The position numbers were made by a program, and so were the translations under genes. This document shows, one piece after another, positions 23,106-35,186 of a DNA stretch of 64,000 bases. The notes below the pieces were generated by a model, which saw nothing but the letters and a program-made list of their open reading frames with translations, was not told where the DNA came from and did no database searches. Source of the DNA: Anthoceros angustus. Its lineage: Eukaryota > Plantae > Anthocerotophyta. Within the stretch, counting starts at the first letter, position 1. Each line of letters begins with the position of its first letter. The DNA is taken from positions 62,001 through 126,000 of the forward strand of contig MU008221.1 of assembly GCA_010909165.1 (NCBI GenBank), written 5' to 3'.

Positions 23106-24526
23106 ATGGAGACTGTGTGCGTCACCGGCGCTTCAGGATTCGTTGCCTCCTTGCTTGTGAAGCGCCTGCTGGAGAAAGGCTACAGAGTGCGAGGAACAGT
23201 CCGTGACTTGGGTACTGCAGACTGGCCTCTCGCTCGTTTAGTGAAGGTATTCCTTCTGAAGTGTGTAACCTTGGTGTGCATGCATGATGGCACACACGTT
23301 GCAGGAAACGAGAAGAAGACTGCGCACCTGTGGGCTCTGCCCGAAGCAGCAGAGAGGTTGCAGCTCTTCAGGGCGGAGTTGACGGAGGAAGGAAGCTTTG
23401 ATGAGGCCATCAAAGGTTGCACGGGTGTGTTCCACACAGCCACTCCAGTCTTGTTCCATGAGACTGACGACCCAGAGGTGACGACGTTGAAATCTGCTGT
23501 GCTTCTTCGAGACTGGCTGTTGCATAACTTGAGTACCTGGGATGGATGTGGTACGCAGAGGGATTACATCAACCCAGCTGTGCAAGGGACACTGAACGTA
23601 CTCAAGGCCACTCTGAAGGAAAGCTCTGTGAAACGTGTGGTTGTCACCTCATCCATTGCGACTATTCGAGCGAGGAAAGACCTTCCCGATCGCTTCTTAG
23701 ATGAGAATGATTGGAGTGAAGAAGATCACTGCCGTGCAAAAAAGGTTCTTCCCGTTTGCACATGAAACCTTGCCAGGTGGAGGTTGTATCTTCCTCTGCT
23801 GTGGACTTCCTGACATCCGCCTCCTGTCACAGAATTGGTATGCCCTGTCCAAGACGTTGGCTGAGAAAGCAGCATGGGACTTTGCAAAGAAGAACAACAT
23901 CGACCTAGTCGTTGTGATTCCGTCCTTCATCCTTGGTCCGTGCCTGCCACCAGACCTGACTGCCAGCATGATACACTTTGAGGCACTATTCAAAGGTCTG
24001 TCATACCAACATGCAGAGCCTGTTGTTCCAATGCTGGCAAGACCTGGCCTGACCTGACCTGACCTGACTTGACCTTCCTCTTACATGCAGGTGATCTGGC
24101 TCGCATGAACAACCACACCTACTCACGTCTCGTCATTGTCCATGTCGAGGATGTGGCGAAAGCTCACATTTTGGTGTATGAAGAGCCATCAGCAAATGGG
24201 CGTTACATCTGCTCTGCAGTGAACTTGACCAGTGCTGAGGCTGTCACAATGTGGCAGCAGAGATACCCTGGATTCAGTCCTCAAATCGAGTAAGTGAAGT
24301 CCTGGAATGAAAATGGCTATAGCTTTTGGCTTCGGAGTGACTTGTGGCCATAGTAACATCTGTGCCTTCATTTCGAGCTTGCAGAGCCGATCAGCTTGCA
24401 AAACCATACTATCCTGGCATGAGTAACCAGAGAATCGTGGATCTGGGACTGCAGTTCCGGAGCCTCGAAACCATATTTGACGATGCTGTGGAAGAGCTCA
24501 GAAGGCGAGGTTGCGTGTCTTATTAG
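23106..24526 (+). CDS. NAD(P)-dependent reductase of the CCR/DFR/TKPR family (TKPR1-like), 6 exons
   Basis: VCVTGASGFVAS, GVFHTATPV, PAVQGTLNVL, VTSS, WYALSKTLAEKAAW (YxxxK), VHVEDVAKAHI..GRYIC. Confidence 0.92.
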
Positions 24527-25758
24527 AGCCAAGTAACCTGGGAAAACGAATATCTTCACCCCAGAAACATCAATGAAAGCTGATGTCTCGACAAGAGTCA
24601 TCTTCTCTGTCAAGTTTTCAAGGGTGCTCTCCGTCCGCCTCCGTCAGTGGCTGTCGCTAATAGACCACCCTAATAATAATAGGGTGGTCCCGTATGTGTG
24701 CGACGGACAGAGGAGGGTGAAAACTCAAAGCGAACGCCACTTGAAGCTGAAACGCGAATTGTCGATCGTAGCTATGACCTGAGCACATGGGGCATAGCAT
24801 GGACTCATGGCTAGACAGTGACGAGACCAGGAACCGGCGCGTGGCTGATTACCATTTCTGATGATAGAGATGGAAAAGCCCGTGGTGAGGGCAAATCACG
24901 TCAACCTGTCAACAAACAGAGAATGGATCTAACAATAGCCTTGCAGGCTTACAGAAGGGAGTAGAGTGAACTTGTACAATTTCAATGCCTGGCATAGTGA
25001 CTTCTTGAGTCCCAGCCAGACCTTGTGTCAAACACCTGCATGTAGCAGAATCTACAGACAACAGATTCAGGGATTCAATGCAGGAACAGATTCAGAGGTT
25101 CAATACCAAGCAACACTAATTGCGACAAGAATTTGCTTACATTGCTCGATATGCAACACCGAGTATCCAATCGTTTGTCGAGTAGCAGTTGATGAACCTC
25201 CCGACCTTTCGAGCAGTCTCCCAGCGCTGTTGGTCTAGAGGAATAGGTGCGCCATGAAGCACAACGCATTCAACTATACCAGCTGCAGAGTCTAAAAACA
25301 GCAAGGATGTCAATCCTCGCACTGCACATTGCAGTCATGACCTCTGCAGTATAGGAAGACCTCTACAGAAACACTTCAGCTTAAGCCACGTCACTCACCA
25401 GCAGCCCCTCCTTGTTTAGCCAGTGTCTCGAAAAAAGACAAAATCAGCCGAGCGCCCACAGAGACACCCATCAACGTACAGGCCTGCCATGAAGAGGGAA
25501 ACAGGGTTTGGTCGAGAGTTGAATGAAACCAAGGCTACTTGTGCTGGATAAGGCACCGACAAGCTCTCAACCTGTTTCCCCGTACCCCATCCAGCAGGAT
25601 CTTTGCCAGAGGCTTTCCCGCTCAGTCTGATCTGCGAAAGCACGTTTTCGTGACAAGGTCAGTGTTTCCCACCAAGATGTGCAAAGCGCATTGCAGCTTG
25701 ATAGAATGTCGACCACCCCACCTGTCGACCGCAATGGACCACTTGCTGTCAATGAAAT

Positions 25759-25953
25759 TGTTAGAAATCTATAGGATTGGTGCAACACATCACATATTAG
25801 AGTTATGAGTATAAGTCCTAGAAGTATATAGGATTATCCCAGGAGCGAGATAGGGTTTCATACTATCGAGAGTATGACAAGGCCAAAGGCTATATATGTA
25901 TGCATAGCACACCATTTCTAATGTCTTGAACACAGGAATTCTGTTTTCTAACT
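25759..25953 (+). repeat. 5' LTR of the Copia element
   Basis: Starts TGTTAGAAAT, ends TTCTAAC(T), followed by the PBS. Confidence 0.95.
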
Positions 25954-28900
25954 TGGTATCAAAGCATGGTTCAGGAGATGCGTAAAGTACTCTGCACCAC
26001 CCTGTGTGGGACTCTTGCCACTTGTCTTCTATTGCATTGTTTGTAGTTATACAGACTAAGTGTCCGTGAAAGCTCGTTTGCAATTTTGTGAAGCTTGGTA
26101 GTAGTTTTGGTGCGAGGAACTTTTGTCTTGTCTTTGTATAGCTTTCAGAGGTGTGCATATGGAGACTACGCGTCAAGTGGAGAAGTTTGATGGCAGGAAC
26201 TTCACATTATGGAAGTTGAAGCTAAAATCTCTTCTCATTGACAGAGGATTGTGGAAGTTTGTGGAAAATGGACTTCGGATGGCGCTTCGAAAAGGATATA
26301 GACAAGGATGCGAAAGCCTTGGCTAATATTATCTGAATGTGTCGATGACATTCTCTCACAATTGAGCGAGTGTGTCTCTTCGCAGGATGCATGGAAAATT
26401 CTTTGCACAACGTATGAGAAGAAGAGCATTGTGAGCGAAATGCTGCTGGAAAGTCAATTCTCCAACTTCAAGATGGTGAGGCGACATTCAACAACATGTC
26501 AACAAGTTGAAAAGCTTGGTTGATCAAATGAGGGAGGCGAGATCAAACCTTGAGGAGGGTAAGGTGATCACTGTCGAGTAGTTTGCCACCATCATGTAGG
26601 CAATTTTTATTGTCTTATAGGGCATCCGTGATGCGTCAAGTGACAATCAACCAACCTTTGATGAGGTGGTTAGATTACTCCTACAAGAGGAGCTTGATGG
26701 TTCTTTCCGGACACAAGGCAAAGGCTTGGCACTCTTCTCAAGAAGAGCACATCACGGTGGAAGACCTCAAGCCAAGTCTCTAGAAGGGACAAAGGATACA
26801 GATGCAAAGAGAAAGGTGAAAGGCTTTTGTTATTATTGCAGAAGCCCAATCACCACGCAAAGGATCAGAAATAAGATTGGCGAGACTTGAAGAAGGAAAT
26901 CATCCCAAGCTAATCAAGTCGTGAGAAGGACCAAGAACACATCTTGGCGTGCTTCACCGAAGAGATCAAGCGACTTCATCAAAGAAGGATGAGAGTTTGT
27001 ACCTTGACTCGGTGCATCCCAAAGATTATAACCTTCCTTGGTTCTCAAGCTACGAGGTATTGCGGAGGGGCATACGGTGGCGCTTGGTGACAATAGGTCA
27101 CATGACATCAAGGGAAGAGGAGTGTTACGAGTCCATCTTCCGGAGGACAACATGTATTAAGGCGTGCATCATGTGCCTCATCTTGCGAGGAATCTTCTTT
27201 TCGCAAAATTGCCGATCACAGTCATGAGGTTGTGTTCAATTCCAAAGGATTTGGATCCAATCGGCGGCTGAGTTATCGAATGCTAAAGTGATTGCTAGGC
27301 GTCCGAATAGGAAATTTGTACAAGTTGTGTGCTTCGTGGGAAGGCAAGCTTGCACCTTTATGGACGATTCGCAAAATAGCATTGGATCTATTGATTTATG
27401 GCATCAACGTCTAGGGCACATTGGTGTGGACAATATCAGTTGATGAAGAACCAACATATGGTTCTGAGCTTGGATTTGAAAGAAGTGGGTGAGCAATTAT
27501 GCCAAGGGTGCATAATGGAAAGCTACACCGAACTAAGTTCCCAAGATTGCGGTGACGAGCAAAGATGGCGCTAGAGTTGGTACACACGGATGTGTGTGGT
27601 CCAATGAAAATCCACTCATGGCGGAGCCCGCTACATTCGGTGTTTGTGGATGATTTCACTAGGAAGACTGGACATATCTTATGAAGGAGAAATCCGGTAT
27701 TTACACTCTTCAAGGAATGGAAAGCCATGGTGGAGAACGCAAGTGGACAACGTCAAGACTTTGCGTGGTGACAGCGGAGGTGAATACATCTCCACTAACT
27801 TCCAACGCTTTTGCAAGGAGCATGGAATTGGAAGGCAACTAACCATCCCTCACACACCGGAGCAAAATGGAGTGGCGGAGCGCAAACTTAGGAGTCCGTG
27901 GAGGCTAAATGCATGTTACATCATAGTGGCTTGGAAGTACGTTTTGGGGTGAGGTCATGTTACAACCTATGTTTTGAATCGAGTTCCAACCAAAGCTATT
28001 GTTGGAATGACCCCGAGGAAGCGTGGTGCAGCGTCAAGCCCGACATAAGCCATTTGAGGATCTTTGGTTCGATGGTTTATGCTCACGTTCAAGCAAACCC
28101 GAACAAAATGGGATCCAAAAGGCGTGAAGTGCCTTATGCTTGGATACTCTCGAGATTAAGGGCTACGGTTGTATGATCTTTCAAGGAAGAAGATCATTTT
28201 AGCGAGGACGTTGTATTTAATGAGGTTGTGGAACCCATCAAAGGAGTGGGAGCTCCAACCCCGGTTATCATGAAGGATCCGACGGCGTATGTTGGCGACC
28301 ACGATGAGGATTACTATGATGACACTCTTGAGCAACCTGCTCCTGAGCCCAACGAACTTTCTCAACAATGCGACATAGAGGGGGGAGAAAGGGAAATTTC
28401 TGATGTCGCGATTGGAGAAGTAGACGAAGATCAAAGCATTGTCGTAATTGACGAAGAAGAGGAAGCTCGAAGTATTCGAGAGAGACAACCAATCTTGAGA
28501 AGATCAACGAGACAATGGAAACCTTCGCAGAAGATCTTGGAATCCATGAATGCATGTGTGTATGAGGAGGCATGGTTGGCGGATCTTGGCGAACCACAAA
28601 GCCTAAGGAAGCATTGGAAGGACCAAAGGCAAAGGAGTGGAAAGAAGCCGTGGGCGGTGAGTATAACTCTTCTCAAGAACAAAACTTGGGCAATCACTCC
28701 TCTACCTCACGGAAGGAAGAGCATAGGATCAAGTGGACATTCAAGATTAAGCGCAAGGCGATGGAAGCATGAGCCCTACAAGAAAAGGAGAAAGAGAAGA
28801 TAGATAAGACTCTCTATCAACGTGCGTTGGCTGTCTTACATATTTGGCAACAGGACAAGGCCCGACATTGCAGAGGCGGTGGGAGTTGTGAGTCGATTCT

Positions 28901-29477
28901 TGGCCAACCACGGACAACGACATTATCAAGCAGTCAAGAGGATATTCAGATACTTGCGCGGCACAAAACATTGGAAGTTGCAATACCAAAAGGATCGACA
29001 TGAAGACGCCGGTGGTTGGATTTTGTGATTGATTGTGGAGATGTCGATGGCCGCAAGTCTACCAGGATATGTATTTATGCTATTTGGGGAGCCATTTCAT
29101 GGAGTAGTAGGCGTCGACCCTCTTGTAGCTGTCCTCTGAGCGGAGTACATGGCAATATCTGCGCAACAATGGAAGCAATATGGCTCGACGATTGCTCGAA
29201 GAAATGGGATTTAAGCGAAGGGTGCAACAACCATCTTCAACGACAATCAAGGTTGCATTTACTTAGCAAAGAATGCTACTTTTCACGCAAGGACGAAACA
29301 CATTGAAGTAAAGCATCACTTCATTAGAGAAAGTTCAATCCAAGGAGATAGAGCTAGCGTATTGTCCCACTGCGGACATGCTGCGGATGTTTTGACCAAA
29401 AGGATTGACTTTAGAGAAGCACGTTAAGTTTAGCAAGATGTTAGGCTTAAAAGAGTAGCACGATGTGTTGAGTGGAG

Positions 29478-29673
29478 TGTTAGAAATCTATAGGATTGGT
29501 GCAACACATCACATATTAGAGTTATGAGTATAAGTCCTAGAAGTATATAGGATTATCCCAGGAGCGAGATAGGGTTTCATACTATCGAGAGTATGACAAG
29601 GCCAAAGGCTATATATGTATGCATAGCACACCATTTCTAATGTACTGAACCTGGGAATTACTGTTTTCTAACA
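29478..29673 (+). repeat. 3' LTR of the Copia element
   Basis: TGTTAGAAA...TTTCTAACA, preceded by a degenerate PPT TTGAGTGGAG. Confidence 0.95.
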
Positions 29674-30759
29674 GAAATCAACAGCACTTAGGAGGATTGC
29701 AACTAATTACTGTTTTCTAACAGAAATCAACAGCACTTAGGAGGATTGCAACTGGCCAGGCCAAGGCAGTGACTAGCCCAGCCAGGACAGTCATCATTGC
29801 TCCTTGCCTCATCACCTCCCTTACAACAGCTTCATTAAACCAGGTTAGCATCTCCCCAGACCATACACAACTACATATTCAACCCTCGCAGATTAAGGAA
29901 CGTAATTAAGGTCATCCAGTCCTCGAGAGACAGCCAAACGCTGCGCATGCCATGGCAAGCCCCAACTGTGAGGTTCCAAGAGATAATGCGGAGAAATAAA
30001 CCATCGAATTCCACGAAGAGTCTGGCGAAAGCAAAGCACTATACCCCTTGCTGATGATTGTCGCCCACGGGAATAATCTCAAACTCACTGATTCCACCTA
30101 TTCTACGGGCCATCTTGGATCCTGCTGGCCCACCACCCGCAGCTGCAACAAATATTCCACTGCTGTAGTGAACCAATTCCTGTGCGACCTCAAGAAAAAC
30201 AATGCCCCTTCACTTGTGCATACCTCCGAATGAAGCAGCCACAGCAACAGAGCCAGCGGCAGTCCCTGCAGCTGCAAAAGCAGCTGCCCGACCAGCCGTT
30301 CCAATTAAAGGCATCATAGGCCCCAAGACAGGTGCAATGCTGGCCAGGCCAGCAGCAATGGCTGATGCTACCAAACCTGCTCAGAGAGTGGAGTGCATCC
30401 TGTTGGGTACATCGTGGTAAGGGCAGACCTACCGACTGTATTCAATGCCTAATACTTCGGCTCACAACCTCCAGTTAATGCCAGGAGTGCTCCCCCGGCC
30501 GGAGCAGCAGCACCACTGATGAAACTTGGTTGACGGATGATGCAAGGCACGCGCGCATGGGATGAGGGTTATCATACCCTGGAGCTTGGCGTGGTAGGCA
30601 CGGTGCGGAGACCGGGAACCAGCGGTGGTGAACGTGCGCCTCGGGAAGCTCGCAGCCATTAGGTTGTAGAGATCTTTAGCTTCTTCGCATGGCGGCACTC
30701 CTTCCAAGTCAAGCTCTTCGGACAAGCCCGAGCCTGGCAGACGGGCAGGATCGAGCAGA

Positions 30760-31225
30760 CGAAGACTCTCATTGTCTTTCATGCTATGCTGAAATTGTGT
30801 GCAGCTAAGAGGGATTTGGTTGTGGTGCGACGAGATCACGATCTTACCGTGAAGGGTACGAGTGTACAGCCTAGAGGACGCCACGGATGTGTTCACCAGG
30901 GTGAGCAAACCAGATACCTCGTGTGGTTTTGCAGAGAATCTCTGCACATGCTAAACATGGGACACCTGACGAGGTCATGCAACTGTATCATAAGATGCGT
31001 AGCTCAGGCGTGAAGGCGGATGCTCATGTCTTTGTAGCTGCTCTTCAAGCTTGTGCGCTTGCTGTGGGCTCAGAATCTGGCTGAAAAGTACGCTGTGATG
31101 GTTTGCTTAGTGGCATTCCTCCTTGCGTGTTTGTTGGCACCTGTCTAGTGGACATGCATGTGAAATTGGGCAAGTTGAACGATGCACACAGGGTTTATTA
31201 CAGTTCGGCTTCACAGGATGTGCGG
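30760..31225 (+). pseudogene. PLS-PPR N-terminal fragment, frameshifted
   Basis: MLKLCAAKRDLVVVRRDHDLTVK; HAKHGTPDEVMQLYHKMRSSGVKADAHVFVAALQAC; VFVGTCLVDMHVKLGKLNDAHRV. Confidence 0.85.
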
Positions 31226-31430
31226 CTCCGGCTCCTGCATCGTCTCATTCGTCTACGATCACGCCTCGGACCGTTGATACCAACTCCAATTCTCGGTCGC
31301 ATGGACGGCCCTGAAAGCTGGGTATACAAATCAAGGCCTGTTTCCTCTGCATCAGGACAAACAGCCCGCCGGCGCCGGCGCCGCCGCCCGGCGAACCCGA
31401 GGGGAGCGTCACACTTTGGGGAGCTCCCAT

Positions 31431-31580
31431 GAAGAAGAAGAAGAATTTTATTCAAGTCCACTAAGGACGGATTTCCGTCATGGGACTTGGTACTTTAACA
31501 ACACTAAGGACGGATTTCCGTCATGGGACTTGGTACTTTAACAACTTGTACCATGGTGTGCCTAAGCTACTTGCACCATG
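31431..31580 (-). mobile_element. Second copy of the (TTC)n-tailed retroelement end, with an internal 43-bp tandem duplication
   Basis: Reverse complement of 8155-8260; GCTCCCA on both flanks is a possible TSD. Confidence 0.65.
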
Positions 31581-31623
31581 GCTCCCACAAGTGCCACCTC
31601 TAGCTCAACAATACTTAGTTAGT

Positions 31624-31712
31624 CCCCCTTAGCACCGTGCCCTTGGTTGGGTTGTTCCCTTTTGTTTTTGGGGTAGATGGGTTTTTTTTTCTCTTTTCTT
31701 ACATAAAGTCTT
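31624..31712 (+). mobile_element. Isolated 3' end of the CRE-like LINE family
   Basis: CCCCTT..GGTTGTTCCCT..TTGGGGTRGATGGG..TCTT..ATAAAGTCT aligns with 14926-15010. Confidence 0.6.
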
Positions 31713-31843
31713 CACCTTCCCCACTCAACAATACCATATCAAGGCTCCCACAAGTTACACCTTTTTCTAGACAATCCCATAGCAAGACCACCACAACTTA
31801 TCCATCTTTCTTGGAGGCAAGAACCTTTCTTGTCCGAAGAGGC

Positions 31844-31969
31844 TGTCGCAAGCTCTTACAAGCTCATAAACAAATACATGCTACACGTTGAAACCTTATA
31901 ATATGTTGTCGCAAGCTCTCACAAGCTCAAAAACAAATACATGCTGCACACTGAAACCTTATAATATGT
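31844..31969. repeat. Imperfect 63-bp tandem duplication
   Basis: TGTCGCAAGCTC...GAAACCTTATAATATGT twice. Confidence 0.9.
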
Positions 31970-32481
31970 AGTCCATTTACACATACTACCAAATAACCCA
32001 CCGTCAACCCACGACTTGTACAACAGCACCCAACTATTATTTTTTACTTTTTAAATCACACAAGAGTGCAACGAAAAATTAGAGAATACTCACCATTCAC
32101 ACATTTGCACTCCGGCACTTGACACTCTTTCCTCCATCTTCTCCTAGGCGGTTTTCAACATTAGAGAGTTTTGACCATCCACACAAATATAAGCTCCAAT
32201 CTTTCCTTCTCACTCTCACTCTAATTAAATATTCAAGTCAAGACTTTCCAGTAAAATGTACTTCTGTAAACACATGTATACTACCCAATAGAGAATGTCT
32301 CACACAAACAAGTCAAGTGATTGTCTTAAGTCTTAGAATCAATCTCCTTACATTCTTTCTTCCTCCCTAAGAAACCACTTCATATGAGACCTACTTCGAA
32401 CTTAAATTCTCACCTCCTTTATCTACCGATTCAATCTCCTTTATGTACATAGTAAACTAGACAGTACACAATCTCCAAGTA

Positions 32482-33020
32482 TAGTCGGGCCCCCCTAATT
32501 GGGAACTCTATAAATGGGATTCCTCTCTAAATGGGACCTCCCATCCTACTCCCTTTAGTTTACAATGTAACAAATGGGACTTTTCCCTAAATGGTAGTTG
32601 GGACCTTTTCAAACATACATTCATATTAGTTTCACCTCCCTAAATGGGATTTTTAATTTTTTTACTAAAAAAATTAAAAAAAGAAAGAAAAAGGAATCGA
32701 TTATTTCATAGCATAATAGACTTTTGGGTGTGATTGAAGACTCTTAAGCTAAGCTTTTTCCTTTATGATAGGTAGAGGTTTTTTTATGTTGCTTAGAGAG
32801 AGAGTGCTAGCTTTCAAACAACTATATAGAGAAGTGATAAAAGTTATTTTTAGTGAAAACTATCAATCAAAATTAAAATTTTCTATTTTGGGTATTTTTG
32901 ATTTTTTTAATTTTATCATATTATTATTATTATTAAATAGGGAAAATATAATCGGGACACCTCCCTTAATGGGACCTCTAAAGGCACTCCGAACCAGTCC
33001 CAATTATGGGGGGTGGAGTG
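32482..33020. mobile_element. Tc1/mariner-pogo-type MITE candidate
   Basis: Imperfect TIRs (TA|TAGTCGGGCCCCCCTAATTGGGA ... TCCCAATTATGGGGGGTGGAGTG|TA); TA flanks; repeated subterminal AA(A)TGGGA motifs; AT-rich core. Confidence 0.6.
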
Positions 33021-33635
33021 TACGTAGTGTATGCTTTCCTTCATAAACGTTTCACAAATGCTCTTTTGGAGGACCTTGTCTTTTGGCACATGTGCAGCTC
33101 GGTCCGAGCGTGCATGTCTCGATTTTTTTTCATTTAGCATTTAAAAAATATATGAAAACAAATCCGAGGGAGAAATCTTCTGATTCTGCTTGTCTAGATG
33201 GCTAGTTGTTGGAACCCAAATGGTCTTCTCTGACAGGACATTCCTGTCCACCCGAGCACTTGCGATATGCTAAAGATGGTAGACTTGTGAGCCAAGTGGC
33301 GTCAGAGTGTGATGGGGATGAGAAAGCTTGGTTACATGTAAAGAGTACATATCCATAATACTGGGCACCGGGTTTGGGTTTCAATGAGACCCGACCAGGT
33401 TGAGGAAAAGCTGGCCCAGGGCCTGCTGTCGATGTCTTTCACGGTACGGTCGGATATTCTGTAATCTTCTTGCTTCGACATGTGGCCAATGTCTGCGAGC
33501 TTCTTGTGAGGCGTTGCGTGCGTTTTGGTGGCGTTCGATGAGCAGCAGCTCTTCGCCCATCTCCCTGCGCCCGAGCACGCCCATGAGATGACAAGGTTAT
33601 GCAGCCAGGGGTTGTTTTCATCTTGTGAGGAAGAC

Positions 33636-35011
33636 ATGGCCGTCAAAATTGAGGAGAAGAATTCTCGCCGCCTAGTTTCCTCCTACGCCTCCTTTCTCTT
33701 CCACCTCACGTCCTTCTGCCTGTGAGTCTCTTGCTCAACGTGGTGGACAGCAGCAGCTTTCTTCGACTTGTAGTCGTGGTTGTTAGCTGTACACTGAGGG
33801 GGTTGAATTGTGTCAGAACACTGGTGTGTAGTGTGGACTAGGTGAGCAATTCGGTAACACGCGAATTTCTTGTGTGCGTCTCAGATTCCTGTACATGTTT
33901 TGTTGGCACTTCGGCAGCAAGGCTGGTTCACTCCCACAAGCCAGAGGCTTCGGGTGGTTTTTTAAGGTGAATTCTATCTCTCAATGGCCTCTTCACGAGG
34001 TGATGGGCGTTGCCGCCCTTACAGTCATGCGTGTGAAAGATTTTTCTCACGACAGATGCACTTTGGTGTGCAGTATCTGACGTTCTGTGGATTCACGTTG
34101 CAACTCATAAGCCTGCTCTTCTGTGTGCTTTCCCATCTCTTCCCTCAGGTCTACTCTAATCTCTGGGAGAATATGTTCTTTACTTCGTTGCTCCTCGTTG
34201 AGCTTCTGAGTGAGCTTGAGCTCAGTAGTGACAACGGTTTATTCCTCTAGTGCAGATCAGGACACTGAGGGCCTATGCAGATGATCTCTCATGTGCAAGT
34301 TTTGTGATAGCAAATGTTGTCTCTTGTTTATACTGGTCCATTTTCGTGGCAACAACAAAGCCTGTGGAGGGAAGTGGGCTCAAAGTCCTTGGCCTGTAAG
34401 TTGCACATGCCACCCTCGGCAAGGCTTCCGTGTCTCTACTTCATTTGAATCCCTACAGCATTTCTTCAGGCTATGGGATAACTGACCGGCAAATTTGTGG
34501 TGTGCAGAGAGTTAACCTCCCCATTCTGGGTCACTCTATTCATGCATGTAGGGAACGCCGTTGTGGCGTGGATTGATGTTCTCATATCCGAACGCAGTTT
34601 CAGGTGCTGTCTTTCACTACTCCCTTGTACAGTTGACAGCGGCTTTTCCCTGGGAATGTCAAGAATGTCTGCTAACACTCGAAGACTCCTGGTGCAGAAA
34701 CGTGTCTTTTTGGATCGACATTGTGTTTTCCATGTCCTATGTCCTCTGGCTCCACATTTGTGCAGCTCGAAACAAGGTGAGTAGTTTTAGCAGACTTGTC
34801 GTACCACAGGGCATCATTCCCCATGAGAAACTGAGCCTGAAATTGCTAAGTGCAGGTGTACCCTTACCCCTTTCTCAATGCCCTCCCTCAGCCGGCTGGC
34901 TTCATTGGAGTGACTCTGGCTGGTTTCACCGGAGTCTGTCTCTTCTCTAGGATAGGCGCAATTTTGGCCAGACAAATGTCACCGCACCTGGGGAAGTTCA
35001 AGAATTTGTAA
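33636..35011 (+). CDS. FAR-17a/AIG1/ADTRP-like multipass membrane protein, ~7 exons
   Basis: GFGWFFK|YLTFCGFTLQ, LYWSI, LFMHVGNAVVAWID, YVLWLHIC, VYPYPFLNAL; internal exon limits approximate. Confidence 0.8.
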
Positions 35012-35186
35012 CCTCTCATGAGTCTCATTGCTTCTGCATATCCACAAACGTGGTAGCTAGAACATTGCGACTCTGCAGGCTGCCGGTGTGTTCTATCAAC
35101 CTAAAATCAAACCCTAGCCTTCACAGCTAGAACTTCGTGTTGGCACTGGTACATTTCTTTAACCATTGATCACCTTCGCCAAATTT

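Larger units (their letters stand above)
25759..29673 (+). mobile_element. Ty1/Copia LTR retrotransposon, internally deleted and frameshifted; TSD GAAAT
   Basis: Paired LTRs; TSD at 25754-25758 and 29674-29678; PBS TGGTATCAAAGC 25954-25965; gag (KFDGRNFTLWK), integrase (HTDVCGP, LRGDSGGEY, PHTPEQNGVAER), RT ends (RPDIAEAVGVVSRF), RNase H (TKHIEVKHHFIR). Confidence 0.96.
24965..30385 (-). pseudogene. Partial TMCO4/DUF726 gene copy with introns, disrupted by the Copia insertion
   Basis: AAGTAAGSVAVAASFG, GSKMARRIGGISEFE..GDNHQQG, GAMMTVLAGLVTALAWP..AVDF[Copia]IDSKWSIAVDR, VVLHGAP..GRFINCYSTNDWILG, QGLAG; no 5' part seen. Confidence 0.85.

Noticed and set aside
33332-33646. Minus-strand ORFs upstream of the AIG1-like gene
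   Set aside because: No recognisable motif or splice structure
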